Source: an uncultured delta proteobacterium (GTDB lineage Bacteria > Desulfobacterota > Binatia > HRBIN30 > BPIQ01). From it: a stretch of DNA of 64,000 nucleotides. Shown in pieces: positions 38,018 to 47,769 of this stretch (the first letter of the stretch is position 1; every line of letters starts with the position of its first letter). The notes beneath the pieces were generated by a model that worked only from the letters and a program-made list of their open reading frames with translations, did not search any database and was not told the DNA's origin. Position numbers and translations under genes: made by a program. The stretch is from NCBI GenBank assembly GCA_963761335.1, contig CAVXGR010000013.1, positions 192,001-256,000 on the forward strand, given 5' to 3'.

Positions 38018-39198
38018 ATGCTGCCCCACGGCGCCTCCTGCGGAATCGTGCACCGCTGCCGGCGGTCGAAGCCGGCGCGCGCGCAACGCTGCAGGTACTC
38101 GTCGATGAACATCCGCCAGAGGTGCACCATGCCCTCCATGCCCCGATCGATGTGCTCGAGGCCGCCGCCGAGAAGGACAGCGACGGGCTCGATCAGCGCC
38201 GCCTCGGTAAAGGCGGCGAGGATGATCGGCTCGCCGATGTCGGCGAAACGGTGCATCTGCTCCAGCGCCTGCTCGCGGTCGGCGCTGTGGTCGAGGTAGT
38301 ACTTCAGCTCCATCACCCCGTAGGACACGTGCCGCGCTTCGTCCTGGAGGCAGCGGCGGAAGATCTCCTTGTCCACGTGTGTCTTGGCGATCATCTCGCC
38401 GGAACGAAAGATGGAGAGCACCAGGCCCTCGCTGAGCAGGTTGAGGAGGAAGGTTCCCATGGTGTGCGACGGCGACTCGATGATCGCCTTCAGGGCCCAT
38501 TCGAATCCCGGCGCCGCGTGCAGGAGTCCGCCCCCGGCGATGGCGCGCTTGCGGAACACCTCCTGATGCCGCGCCTCGTCGAGCAGCTGCGTCGCCAGGA
38601 AGCTCTTCACCTCGAGAAAATCCTGCGGGATCCGATACAGCCATTTGGCCGGGAAGTCGCCGGCAATGAACTCCACCTCGGTGAGAAAAGTGCAGAGCTG
38701 ACAGGTCGCCTTCTCCAGGTCGTCGGGCAACGGCTGCAGCTCGCCCCACGGGATGTCGCGCGTCGCGTTCCACTGCCGCGCCTTGGCTTCCTCATAGAGG
38801 GCGATCACGTTGTCCGCCCACACCTCGCGGCGCTCGAGAACGACGTAGTCGTCGAGTGTCGGCATCTCCGCGGCGTACGGCTCGCGCACCGAGCCGCGCG
38901 CCGCGAAGTTTCTCCAGCGCGTCACCTCCGGCACCTCGCCGTACGGGGAAACATTGTTGACGTCGGTGTAGGTCAGACCGCGCGAGGAGGGCTTCGCCCG
39001 CCGCCCCCACGCCGCCCCGTCGGTGTCGAGCCAGTGCAGCGAATACTGTCCGCGCGCCAAGCGCTCGGCGTTGCGCGCCAGTACCGCCATCCACTCCCGG
39101 TGACCATCGCGGAAGGAGGACTCGTAGCTGTCGAGCCCCGGGCCGGCCGCGCCGTCGGGTCTCGAGTGCGGATCTTCTGCGGGCTTTGCTTCCGGCAT
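38014..39198 (-). CDS. Ferritin-like di-iron protein
   Basis: EVE..DEARH..SE..DEARH carboxylate/His ligand set; GGAGG RBS. Confidence 0.85.
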   Translation of the reverse strand: MPEAKPAEDPHSRPDGAAGPGLDSYESSFRDGHREWMAVLARNAERLARGQYSLHWLDTDGAAWGRRAKPSSRGLTYTDVNNVSPYGEVPEVTRWRNFAARGSVREPYAAEMPTLDDYVVLERREVWADNVIALYEEAKARQWNATRDIPWGELQPLPDDLEKATCQLCTFLTEVEFIAGDFPAKWLYRIPQDFLEVKSFLATQLLDEARHQEVFRKRAIAGGGLLHAAPGFEWALKAIIESPSHTMGTFLLNLLSEGLVLSIFRSGEMIAKTHVDKEIFRRCLQDEARHVSYGVMELKYYLDHSADREQALEQMHRFADIGEPIILAAFTEAALIEPVAVLLGGGLEHIDRGMEGMVHLWRMFIDEYLQRCARAGFDRRQRCTIPQEAPWGSM

Positions 39199-39225
39199 TT
39201 CAATCCTCCGAGGAAGTGGAATCGA

Positions 39226-41304
39226 TTACGACGGCGGGCATGGCGACACCGTCCAACGTTGCCGGGGCAGACGCGGCTTCCAGATTGCCCCGCCCGGAGC
39301 CGCCGCCCAGGCGCGGAACAGTCCCGGCTCGTCCGTCAGCGCGTACAATGCCGCGCCGGGCCAGCGCTCGCAAACGAGGCGCGACACGTGTGCGTCCTGC
39401 TCCAGGCCCGGACTCCAGAAGAAGACCCGGGGCTGCGCCTTCTCGTCGCTTGCGGCTTGCGCCTGGCCGATCTCCTCGACGTTGATCGCCGCCAGAGGCC
39501 GCGCCGGCACCATGGACGCAATGCGGCCGACGTGCAGCCACCAGTTGAGGGCGTAGGGACCACCGTGCTCGAGGAAGAGGGCGTCGGCGTTCGGCGCTCT
39601 CGTACCGAGCGCCTCGAGGCTGATGGTCATCCAGGACTGCGGCAGAATGCGCGGGTTCACCGCTGCAAAGATGACGATCCCGCTGACGGCAATCAATCCC
39701 GCACTCCCGAGAGCGGCGAGCCGCGCCGTCCCCGGCGGCAAGAACGCCCGGCGGATCGCCTCGAAGGCGGAGCCGGCAAACACCGCCAGCGGAACCAGGG
39801 CGGCGGCCAGCCGGGTGTGGGAAACCGCATCGCCGGAGGCGGCAAAGGCCTGCCCGAAAGCCAGCCCCAGCACACCCAGGAGCAGCGCCGCGGCGCGCTT
39901 GCGGCGCGCATGCGCGAGGGCGAGCACCAAGCCAACGGCGACGAGCGCGGCGCCCAACGGGTCGATCAGCACGTCCCCCCACAGCCGCATCGGCGAGCGG
40001 GCGATTGCGAAGGGGGAGAGAAGCGCTCCGAGGGGGATATCGAAGGGGCCGGAATGACCGGACTCGAGGGCTCTCATCACGCTCAGCGGGCTCATCTGGC
40101 CGAAGAGGATCATCACCATTTCGCCGAGCTCGCCGCGCCCGCGCGTGTACTTGGCAGCCATGGTGGCGAACGTCTGCAAGTTCGGCAGGTCGGGAAGACG
40201 TGCCGCGGCACAGGAGAGCAGGGCGACAGTGGCGACGAGCCATGGGAATCTGTCGAGCTGCAGCACGGACCAGGCCATCACCGCGCAGAGGAAGAGAGCC
40301 ACGAAGACGACCGTGGGCTCCGTACCGCTGAAGCCGGCTACGACGCCGAAAGCAGCGAGAGCGGCGGCGGAGCCGAAGTCGCGCACGGCGAAGATGAGCA
40401 GCAGGAGAGCCACGGTGCACAGTGGCGCGATCAGGATCATCCCGGGCTCGAAGGCGGAGGAGAGCACAAAGGGCGAGAACAGAAACACGGCCTGCGCCAC
40501 GATCGCCGCCGACGTCCCGACCATCCTCCACACCAGAGCGCCGACGGCGACGGCGCAAAACGCCGCCCAGAAGAGGTGCGCGATCTGCAGCATGGCGAAG
40601 GCCGACGACAGGTGCGCGGGTCCGAGCAGAGGAACACCCTCGAGCATCATGTAGGCGTTGGTGTGTCCCGGCGTGGCGCTGTCGGAGAGCACACGCTGGT
40701 GGCGCAGCACCACCTCGCCGAGACGTTGCACTTGCAACCACATGTCGACCAGGCTCGCCGCCCGCGGCGAGCGCCACGCCGTGGGCGCGCTCCAGGCGAG
40801 CCACACTCCGGGGGCCACCAGCAGTAGGGCCAGCGCCGCAGCCCGGGAGGACACGAACCGCCGTACGCCCTCGGCCTCTCCCCACAGAAGCACGGCCGCG
40901 GGGGCGGCCAGGAAGGCAAAGTAGAGGGTCTCTGCGAGGCGGTCGAAGCGCGCCGCGAAGAGCCCGGCAATCGCTTGGACGAAGGCGAGAGCGAGAGCGA
41001 TGCGAAGCCCCCACGCCCGCCGCCGATCACCGGCATGCGTCGGCACAGCCCGCCTGACATCCCCCAAGCGCAAGGGCAGCGGAGAGCGAATGCCGGCGGC
41101 CACCAAGGCGGCGCCGGCGAGAAGACAGGCAAGGCGGCCGGCGACCCACCACTCCGGCACGCCGGGGAAGAGACGTTGCCACAGGCCAGCGCCGAGGCCG
41201 GGGGACAGCGGCGGAGTGGCCGCGGGCGCACAGAACAATGGCAGGGCGTAGGCGAGAAGGAGGAGTGCGCCGGCGGCCGCCGCCGGGCGCCGCAAGCGGC
41301 TCAC
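39226..41304 (-). CDS. Multi-pass membrane protein, putative GT-C glycosyltransferase
   Basis: PEWWVAGRL, SLVDMW, PFAIAR..WGDVLIDPL, VNPRILPQSW, FWSP..CERWP; GTGA overlap with the upstream radical SAM. Confidence 0.7.
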   Translation of the reverse strand: MSRLRRPAAAAGALLLLAYALPLFCAPAATPPLSPGLGAGLWQRLFPGVPEWWVAGRLACLLAGAALVAAGIRSPLPLRLGDVRRAVPTHAGDRRRAWGLRIALALAFVQAIAGLFAARFDRLAETLYFAFLAAPAAVLLWGEAEGVRRFVSSRAAALALLLVAPGVWLAWSAPTAWRSPRAASLVDMWLQVQRLGEVVLRHQRVLSDSATPGHTNAYMMLEGVPLLGPAHLSSAFAMLQIAHLFWAAFCAVAVGALVWRMVGTSAAIVAQAVFLFSPFVLSSAFEPGMILIAPLCTVALLLLIFAVRDFGSAAALAAFGVVAGFSGTEPTVVFVALFLCAVMAWSVLQLDRFPWLVATVALLSCAAARLPDLPNLQTFATMAAKYTRGRGELGEMVMILFGQMSPLSVMRALESGHSGPFDIPLGALLSPFAIARSPMRLWGDVLIDPLGAALVAVGLVLALAHARRKRAAALLLGVLGLAFGQAFAASGDAVSHTRLAAALVPLAVFAGSAFEAIRRAFLPPGTARLAALGSAGLIAVSGIVIFAAVNPRILPQSWMTISLEALGTRAPNADALFLEHGGPYALNWWLHVGRIASMVPARPLAAINVEEIGQAQAASDEKAQPRVFFWSPGLEQDAHVSRLVCERWPGAALYALTDEPGLFRAWAAAPGGAIWKPRLPRQRWTVSPCPPS

Positions 41305-42461
41305 CGGGCCGGGGCCGCCGGCGCCTCGGAGACGCCGCGCAGCCCGTGCGGACTGCTCCCGATGTACTTCAGATTGCAGCACCCGTGGCACCCCGGATAG
41401 ATGCGCGCCGCGCTGGTGTCGCGGCGAAAGGCGCGCAGGCGCTCGCCGTTCCACAGCTCGTGGAGACTCTCGCGCCGCATATCGCCGTCGTCGGCATAGA
41501 AGCACATCGGCGAGTAGCGCCCGTCGGCGTTGATCCCGAGACGGCTCCAGGGGCCCTCGCACATGTACTCGCCGGGGTCGAGCGCCCGGTCGTCGCGGTA
41601 GTGGCGCACGAACTCGTCGATGGGCACGTGCGGGGTCAGGCGGATCTGCATCCCCCAGTCGCGCGCCAGCTCGTAGCAGCGGATCAGCTGGCGGCGGAGG
41701 AGATCCGGATCCACGCCTTCGGGCGGCCGCTGGGCGCGGCGCAGGAGCTCGAGCTGACCACCCTCGGCGTTGCGCATCAGCTCGTGCTCGGCGAGGAAAT
41801 TGACCAGGTCGACGCCCAGGCTGCGCGCCAGGTGCATGAAATCCACCATGGCGCCGACCGTCTGCCGGGTGACCACCAGCTTCACGTCGAGCTTGGGGAA
41901 CACCTTCTTGGCCGCGGCGCGCAGGCGCACCATGTGACGGATGCCGTCGATCGAGCGCTGCCAGCTTCCTTTGCGCTGCACGATGCGATCGTGCAGCTCC
42001 TCGTCCCCTTCGAGACTCACCTCGACCAGGACCAGCCCGTTCTGCCAGAGTCGTCGCGGCGCCAGGTCGATGTAGTCGCGGGCCACATCCTCGTCGATCA
42101 GAGAGCCGTTGGTGATGATATGCACGCGGTGACGGCGCGCCGCGTGCGCCAGGATCTCGGGAAAGTCCTTGCGCACCAGGGTCTCGCCGCCGGCGAAGCT
42201 GAGCAGACGACCGCGCGGAAAGTCGTCGATGTAGCGCACGATGTCGGCGAAGCTCAGGTCGCGGGCGGAGGGACCGTGCGGCTTCGCCTTGCCCTCGATG
42301 ATGTCGAGGTAGTGGCAGAAGTTGCAGCGCAGGTTACAGCGATAGGTGACCTCGATCAACATGTGGATCGGCAGGAAGGCGCGCCCGTCCTTCCACAGCA
42401 GGCGGGGTATGGTCCCGTGAAGCTCGAAGGCCTTCTCGAGCACCCAGCTCAGGTTCACCAT
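41301..42461 (-). CDS. Radical SAM/SPASM(Twitch) enzyme, paralogue A
   Basis: CNLRCNFC, GGE, ITNG; C-terminal CEGPW..ADG..MC..GD..WNG..CHGCC. Confidence 0.92.
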   Translation of the reverse strand: MVNLSWVLEKAFELHGTIPRLLWKDGRAFLPIHMLIEVTYRCNLRCNFCHYLDIIEGKAKPHGPSARDLSFADIVRYIDDFPRGRLLSFAGGETLVRKDFPEILAHAARRHRVHIITNGSLIDEDVARDYIDLAPRRLWQNGLVLVEVSLEGDEELHDRIVQRKGSWQRSIDGIRHMVRLRAAAKKVFPKLDVKLVVTRQTVGAMVDFMHLARSLGVDLVNFLAEHELMRNAEGGQLELLRRAQRPPEGVDPDLLRRQLIRCYELARDWGMQIRLTPHVPIDEFVRHYRDDRALDPGEYMCEGPWSRLGINADGRYSPMCFYADDGDMRRESLHELWNGERLRAFRRDTSAARIYPGCHGCCNLKYIGSSPHGLRGVSEAPAAPAR

Positions 42462-43657
42462 GGCGGATCTTCCTGTGGTCGGGCGGCGGGGATGGCGGAA
42501 GGACGTTGCCGCGTTTCCTCGGCCCTCACCCCGCGGAGCCCGAACTCGAGGCTGCCGACGTACTTCAGGTTGCAGCAGCCGTGGCACCCCGGATAGATCG
42601 CCGCGTCGCGCACCTGACTGCGAAAGCGGCGCAGGGGCACTCCGTTCCAGGCCTCGCGCATGGATACCTCGCGCATGTCACCGGTGGCGAAGTAGGGGCA
42701 CACGGTTCCGGTGCGCCCGTCGGCGGCGACTCCGACGCGGCTCCACACGCCCTCGCAGGCGTACTCCGAAGAGTCGAGGGCCCGGTCCTCCTGATAATGG
42801 CGGACGAACTCGTCGATGGGCAGGCGCGGCGTCAGGCGGATCTGCAGCCCCAGCTGGCGCTCGAGCTCGTAGCAGCGAATGAGCTGTCGGCGCAGGAACG
42901 CCGGATCGACGCCCTGCGGCGGTCGCTGCGGCCGCCAGAGATGCTTCTGCTGCTCGCCGTCGGCGTTTCCCTTCAGGTCGTGCTCGGCGAGGAAGTTCAC
43001 CAGATCGACCCCGAGCTCCTTCGCCAGATGCATGAAATCGACCATGCCGCCGACGGTATCACGGGTGACCACCAGCTTGAGATCCAGCTTGGGGAAGGGC
43101 TTTCTCGACTCCCCCCGCAGGCGCGCCAGGTGTCGCACTCCGTCGACCGCGCGCCGCCAGCTTCCGGGTCGCCCGCTCACCCGGTCGTGGGTCCGCTCGT
43201 CGCCCTGGAGGCTGACCTCCAACAGGACCAGGCCGCTCTGCCAGATGCGGCGCGGCGCCAGGTCGATGTAGGCCCGCGCCACCCCCTCATCGATCAGCAC
43301 GCCGTTGGTGATGATGTGCACCCGATGGCCGCGAGCCGCGTACGCGAGGATCTCGGGGAAATCCTTGCGCACCGTCGTCTCTCCGCCAACGAAGCTGATC
43401 AGCCGGCCGCGCGGAAACTCGTCGATCCAGCGGCGCAGGTGCCCGATCTCCACGTCCCCGCGCGACGGCCCCACCGGCTTCCGCCGGCCTTCGATGATGT
43501 CCAGGTATTGGCAGAAGTTGCAGCGCAGGTTGCAGCGATAGGTGACCTCCATGAGCATGTGGAGTGGCGAGAAGGCGCGCCCGTCTCTCCACAGCAGCCG
43601 CGGAATCGTGCCGTGAATCTCGAACAGCCGCTCGAGTACCCAGCTGAGGTTCACCAT
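42455..43657 (-). CDS. Radical SAM/SPASM(Twitch) enzyme, paralogue B
   Basis: CNLRCNFC, GGE, ITNG; CEGVW..VC..WNG..CHGCC; same N-terminus MVNLSW. Confidence 0.92.
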   Translation of the reverse strand: MVNLSWVLERLFEIHGTIPRLLWRDGRAFSPLHMLMEVTYRCNLRCNFCQYLDIIEGRRKPVGPSRGDVEIGHLRRWIDEFPRGRLISFVGGETTVRKDFPEILAYAARGHRVHIITNGVLIDEGVARAYIDLAPRRIWQSGLVLLEVSLQGDERTHDRVSGRPGSWRRAVDGVRHLARLRGESRKPFPKLDLKLVVTRDTVGGMVDFMHLAKELGVDLVNFLAEHDLKGNADGEQQKHLWRPQRPPQGVDPAFLRRQLIRCYELERQLGLQIRLTPRLPIDEFVRHYQEDRALDSSEYACEGVWSRVGVAADGRTGTVCPYFATGDMREVSMREAWNGVPLRRFRSQVRDAAIYPGCHGCCNLKYVGSLEFGLRGVRAEETRQRPSAIPAARPQEDPPW

Positions 43658-43861
43658 CAATTTGCGGATCCGAACCTCAGAGATATTCCGCCCGAAGCGC
43701 CGAAGTCAATTGTTTCCTCGGTTTCCGTGGGAGCGCCGCCAGCTTGGCCGCCTCTGCTCTTTAACAGCCGCTTGCGGTCGGGACGGCCGCGCTCTCACGC
43801 TAAAGTCCATGATTCCTCTCGATTGCCAACTCCGAAGCCGGCGCGTTATACCCGGCCTTTC

Positions 43862-46048
43862 ATGCCCGCAACCGCAGACCGCAAGACTGGAGATGGCGTC
43901 ATTCTCGCCATCGCCCTCGCCCTTCTCCTGGTCTACGCGCTGCCGGTGTTCTTCCCGCCGCCTCCGCTCTCGAGCGCTCCGGCGACGGCGGCAACCCCCC
44001 TGCTGACGCGCGTCTTCCCACAGGTGCCGGGCTGGTGGGTCGCCGGGCGCCTGCTGGCGCTGCTGCTGGGGGCCGTCCTCATCGGCAGCCGCGGCGGAGG
44101 GGTGCGGATCCGCTTTCCGGCCCCGGGGGAAACCGCGGCCGGTGCCGACGGCCCTTGGGCGCTGCGCCTGGCGCTGCTTGCCGCCGTGGTGCAGTTCGCC
44201 TGCCTGCCCTTCGTCCACCACCTCCCGGACCTCGCCAAGACCATTTACCTACTCTGGCTCGTGGTTCCAGCGGTGATCCTCCTGCTGGCCCGTGTCGGGC
44301 GCGTCATCCGTCAGGGTAGAAGCGGCGTCTCGCCGCTTTCGGAATCGCCGGAACGCCACTTCTTCTCCGTGCCGGGCTGGGCCTGGGGCACGGCGGCGAT
44401 CGTCCTCGTGTGGGCAGCGGTGCGTCTGGCGGCGTCATGGCACTCGGCGATCGTCGCCGACTGCGTCGACATGTTCCGCACCCTCGGCGGCCTCGTGCGC
44501 CTGGCGACCACCAACGCCGACGTGATGACCGCATCGATGGGCATCAAGGAGGGGGTGGGCGACATCGAGGTGGTCGGCGTCAATGCCGTGCAGCTCTTCT
44601 ACGAGGGGCTGCCGTTTCTGCGGCTCTTCTCTCACACGCCCTGCATGTGGTGGATGCAGGTTTTCAACGCCATCTGGATCGGCCTCGCGGGAGGGCTGGT
44701 GGCGGTGCTGTGTCGAACCCTGATCGGCGGCCGCGCGGCCCCGGTGGCGACCGCCGCCTTCCTCTTCTCGCCGTACATGTTGACGGTGCAGATCCTGCCG
44801 GTGCCAACGGTCTGCATCCCGCTCGTGGTTCTGCTCGTGCTGTTGCCGCTGCGATTCTACCGCTCCGGATCGGCTCTGGCGCTGGTCTTTCTCGGCGGGC
44901 TCACCGGTTTCACGGCGACACTGCCGTCGATTACCCTGATGACCGGGCTGGCGATCCTCGTCGTCGCCTGGAGGATCTGGAGCGGGCCGCGTGTGTCACG
45001 CCTCGCCCTCGTCACGGCGATCATGCTGTTCGTCTCCTTCAGCACGCCGAACATCCCGACCTGGACCGCCCTCCGCGAGGCCTACAACTGGTACGTGCTG
45101 AAGAGCTGGCCCATGTCCGTGGGGGTGGAGACGCTCCAGGGTCAGATCTCACCGAGCGCGACGACCTGGACCAAGGTGGATCCGCCGGGGACGCCGCTGC
45201 TGATGGCGGCAACCCTGGTGTCGCCTTTCGCCACGCCGCGGAACTCGCTGCGCAACTGGGGCGACGTCGTCTTCGAGCCGCTGAGCGCCGCTCTCTGCGC
45301 CATCGGCCTCGTCCTCTGCCTCCGCCAGCTCTTCCGCAGTCAAGGATCGCTCTACCTGATGGCTTTTCTCGCCGCCGGCTTCATCCCCGGCTTCGTCTCC
45401 AGCTACGACCGGCCGTCGCTGACGCGCATCTACGGGGTCACCGTGCCGCTCGCCGTCCTCGCGGCGATCGGCTTGCTCGGCGTGCTGGCGGCGGCGCGCC
45501 GGCTGCGCTGGCGGGTGAGCATGGCCACCGCCGTCGCCATCGGCGCCAGCGGCCTGCTGATCTTCGACGTGGTGAACCCGCGCATCCTCTCGCAATCGAC
45601 GTGGGGGCTGCTCATGCGCTCGGTGGACGTCGCCTGGCTGGATCGCGTCGCCATGCTCACCGCGGAGGGGCGGGCGCTCAACCAGAACAAGGTCGCCGAC
45701 AACGCGCAGCTCTGGGAGGCCGACTGGCTGCGGCACTACCATCCGTATATTTCCGAGCTGGCACGCTGTGCGCCGCGGCACTCGGTGCCGATCATCGCCA
45801 TCCAGAAGCCCGAGGAGCTGCAGGCCTACGACCTGCTCTTCTGGAACCCCGCCCTCGACCAGACGATCCAGATCACCCGCCGCGACATCTGCCGCTTGTG
45901 GCCCGACGCCACCCTCTACACCATTTTCGATCGGGCGGGACTGTCGCGCGTCTACGCCGCCCAGATCCACGGCTCCGACTGGCGCCCGTCGCTGCCGCAG
46001 AAGCAGTGGAGCACGAGGAGCTGCGGGGAGGCGGATGTTGGGGGTTGA
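43862..46048 (+). CDS. Multi-pass membrane protein, putative GT-C glycosyltransferase
   Basis: PGWWVAGRL, DCVDMF, PFATPR..WGDVVFEPL, YDRPSL, VNPRILSQS, FWNP..CRLWP; divergent from the radical SAM pair. Confidence 0.7.
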   Translation: MPATADRKTGDGVILAIALALLLVYALPVFFPPPPLSSAPATAATPLLTRVFPQVPGWWVAGRLLALLLGAVLIGSRGGGVRIRFPAPGETAAGADGPWALRLALLAAVVQFACLPFVHHLPDLAKTIYLLWLVVPAVILLLARVGRVIRQGRSGVSPLSESPERHFFSVPGWAWGTAAIVLVWAAVRLAASWHSAIVADCVDMFRTLGGLVRLATTNADVMTASMGIKEGVGDIEVVGVNAVQLFYEGLPFLRLFSHTPCMWWMQVFNAIWIGLAGGLVAVLCRTLIGGRAAPVATAAFLFSPYMLTVQILPVPTVCIPLVVLLVLLPLRFYRSGSALALVFLGGLTGFTATLPSITLMTGLAILVVAWRIWSGPRVSRLALVTAIMLFVSFSTPNIPTWTALREAYNWYVLKSWPMSVGVETLQGQISPSATTWTKVDPPGTPLLMAATLVSPFATPRNSLRNWGDVVFEPLSAALCAIGLVLCLRQLFRSQGSLYLMAFLAAGFIPGFVSSYDRPSLTRIYGVTVPLAVLAAIGLLGVLAAARRLRWRVSMATAVAIGASGLLIFDVVNPRILSQSTWGLLMRSVDVAWLDRVAMLTAEGRALNQNKVADNAQLWEADWLRHYHPYISELARCAPRHSVPIIAIQKPEELQAYDLLFWNPALDQTIQITRRDICRLWPDATLYTIFDRAGLSRVYAAQIHGSDWRPSLPQKQWSTRSCGEADVGG

Positions 46049-46094
46049 GGTGTGCGGCCTTGAGGAGATCTGGGCTCTGTGAGATCTTTCCCGC

Positions 46095-46322
46095 ATGGGT
46101 GTCACGGGCCGCAGAACCCTCGCCGACGAAGTGGCGAAGCACTTCCATGGCACGCCTGCGTCGCGGCTGCGCACCGCCCGCCGACTCGGGCGGCGCGCTC
46201 TCGAGCTGTTTCGCGCCACGCTGCCCGAAGCGACGTCACTGAACGAAGCGCGGCGGCAGCTCGAGATTCGGAAACACCACGGACGGCGACGGAGCGGGGC
46301 AGTCGAGGCGCTGCGGGGATGA
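46095..46322 (+). CDS. Small basic protein, putative antitoxin/partner
   Basis: 75 aa; ATGA overlap with the downstream nucleotidyltransferase. Confidence 0.55.
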   Translation: MGVTGRRTLADEVAKHFHGTPASRLRTARRLGRRALELFRATLPEATSLNEARRQLEIRKHHGRRRSGAVEALRG

Positions 46323-46849
46323 GCCTGGTGGGCGATGTGATCGCCTACCTTGGAAAGCGCCGGGTGAAATGTGCGCTGATCGGGGGAGAGGCGCTGGCTG
46401 TTCACGGGGTCGCCCGGGCCACTGTCGACTCCGATGTCATGGTCGCCAGTCCCGAGGCGTTGCAGGATGAGTTCTGGTCGAGGCTCGTTCCGCATGCGGT
46501 AGTGGAAAGCCGTCGCGGCGACACCGATGATCCGCTCGTTGGGTTGGTGCGCATCCGCCGGCGCCGCGAGCAGACCGACGTCATCGTCGGGCGTCCATGG
46601 GTGCGCCGCATGCTCGAGCGGACCATTGATATCCGCGTCGGGACGGAGAACCTCCCCGTCGTCGATCGAGTCGACCTGATTCTTCTCAAGCTGTTTGCCG
46701 CCGGGCCACAAGATCTCCTCGATATCCGCCTCTTGCTCGCCTCCGCAGGCGAGGAGCTTCCCGAGCAGATCGAACAGCGCCTGGCCGGCATGCCTGCCGA
46801 GATCGCTCGCGCCTGGCGCCGCCTGCATCGGGCCCCACCGGGACGTTGA
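46319..46849 (+). CDS. Pol-beta superfamily nucleotidyltransferase (AbiEii/DUF6036-like)
   Basis: LIGGEALAVHGVARATVDSD and DLILLKL..AGPQDLLDI motifs. Confidence 0.8.
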   Translation: MSLVGDVIAYLGKRRVKCALIGGEALAVHGVARATVDSDVMVASPEALQDEFWSRLVPHAVVESRRGDTDDPLVGLVRIRRRREQTDVIVGRPWVRRMLERTIDIRVGTENLPVVDRVDLILLKLFAAGPQDLLDIRLLLASAGEELPEQIEQRLAGMPAEIARAWRRLHRAPPGR

Positions 46850-46897
46850 TTGACGGCGGTTCCGACGCAACATATCCCGTCCTCACGGAGACGCCGC

Positions 46898-47710
46898 ATG
46901 ACCGACTTCGACACAGACGCCTATCTGGAACGCCTGGGGATGTCCGCGGCACCCGAGCCGACTGTTGAGGGGCTCGCGGCGTTGCACCGGGCGCAGGCGT
47001 TCACCATTCCGTTCGAGAACTTCGACATCCTCCTGGAGCGGGGCATCTCGCTGGATCCGGCGGCCGTTTTCGACAAGCTGGTCCGGCGGCAGCGCGGCGG
47101 CTACTGCTTCGAGCTCAATGGCCTGTTCCTGGAGGCGCTGCGCGCCTTCGGATTCGAGGTGCGCCCGCTGCTAGGGCGCGTCCACATCATGGGCGCGCCG
47201 ACCGGACGCTCCCATCAGGTCAGCCTGGTGCGAATCGGCGGCGAGGACTGGATTGCCGACGTCGGATTCGGCGCCGCCACCGCGCCCGTGCCGATGCGCC
47301 TGGTGATGGAGCAGCCGGCTGCCGTCCACGATTCGACTCGCCGCTACGTGGAGAACCCCCTGTTCGGGGTCATGCTGCAGATGCAGACACCGGATGGATG
47401 GGCGAACCTCTACAGCTTCGACCTGGGTCATGTCTGCGACGCCGACCGGGAGATGGGCAACCACTTCACCTCGAGCCATCCGCTGTCGTTCTTCACCTGG
47501 ACGCGGGTCGCCTCGCGGCCGACGCCGAGGGGGCGGGTCTCCCTGATGGACTTCAGGCTGCGAACCGTGACCGACGGCGAGGAGGGCACCGCCACGCTCG
47601 AGCCGGGGGCCGCCTACCTCGCCGGCCTCCGGGAACATTTCGGCATCGCGCTGGACGCACCCTACGAAGCCTTACGGCCGGTGCGCGCCGACAACCAGAT
47701 CGGCATCTGA
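46898..47710 (+). CDS. Arylamine N-acetyltransferase
   Basis: AYLERLG, IPFENFD, RGGYCFELN, SH..ADVGFG (Cys-His-Asp triad). Confidence 0.93.
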   Translation: MTDFDTDAYLERLGMSAAPEPTVEGLAALHRAQAFTIPFENFDILLERGISLDPAAVFDKLVRRQRGGYCFELNGLFLEALRAFGFEVRPLLGRVHIMGAPTGRSHQVSLVRIGGEDWIADVGFGAATAPVPMRLVMEQPAAVHDSTRRYVENPLFGVMLQMQTPDGWANLYSFDLGHVCDADREMGNHFTSSHPLSFFTWTRVASRPTPRGRVSLMDFRLRTVTDGEEGTATLEPGAAYLAGLREHFGIALDAPYEALRPVRADNQIGI

Positions 47711-47715
47711 ACGCA

Positions 47716-47745
47716 GCGCGGGGCACGATGCCTCGTGCCCCGCGT
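47716..47745. terminator. GC-rich hairpin between convergent genes (likely terminator)
   Basis: GCGCGGGGCACGA-TGCC-TCGTGCCCCGCGT; no long U-tract. Confidence 0.6.
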
Positions 47746-47769
47746 TCGACTCCTGACCCGGCGTCTGGT

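Noticed and set aside
38122..40827. 901-aa plus-strand ORF and similar long antisense ORFs (20067, 24323, 48858, 60955)
   Set aside because: Antisense shadows of motif-bearing genes with no recognisable motifs of their own.
41301..43657. RiPP cluster interpretation of the SPASM enzymes
   Set aside because: No precursor peptide, RRE/PqqD domain, peptidase or exporter nearby; neighbours are glycan and lipid enzymes.
42506..43861. Apparent N-terminal extension giving a 1180-aa membrane protein
   Set aside because: Antisense to a radical SAM gene; similarity to the paralogues starts near 43862.
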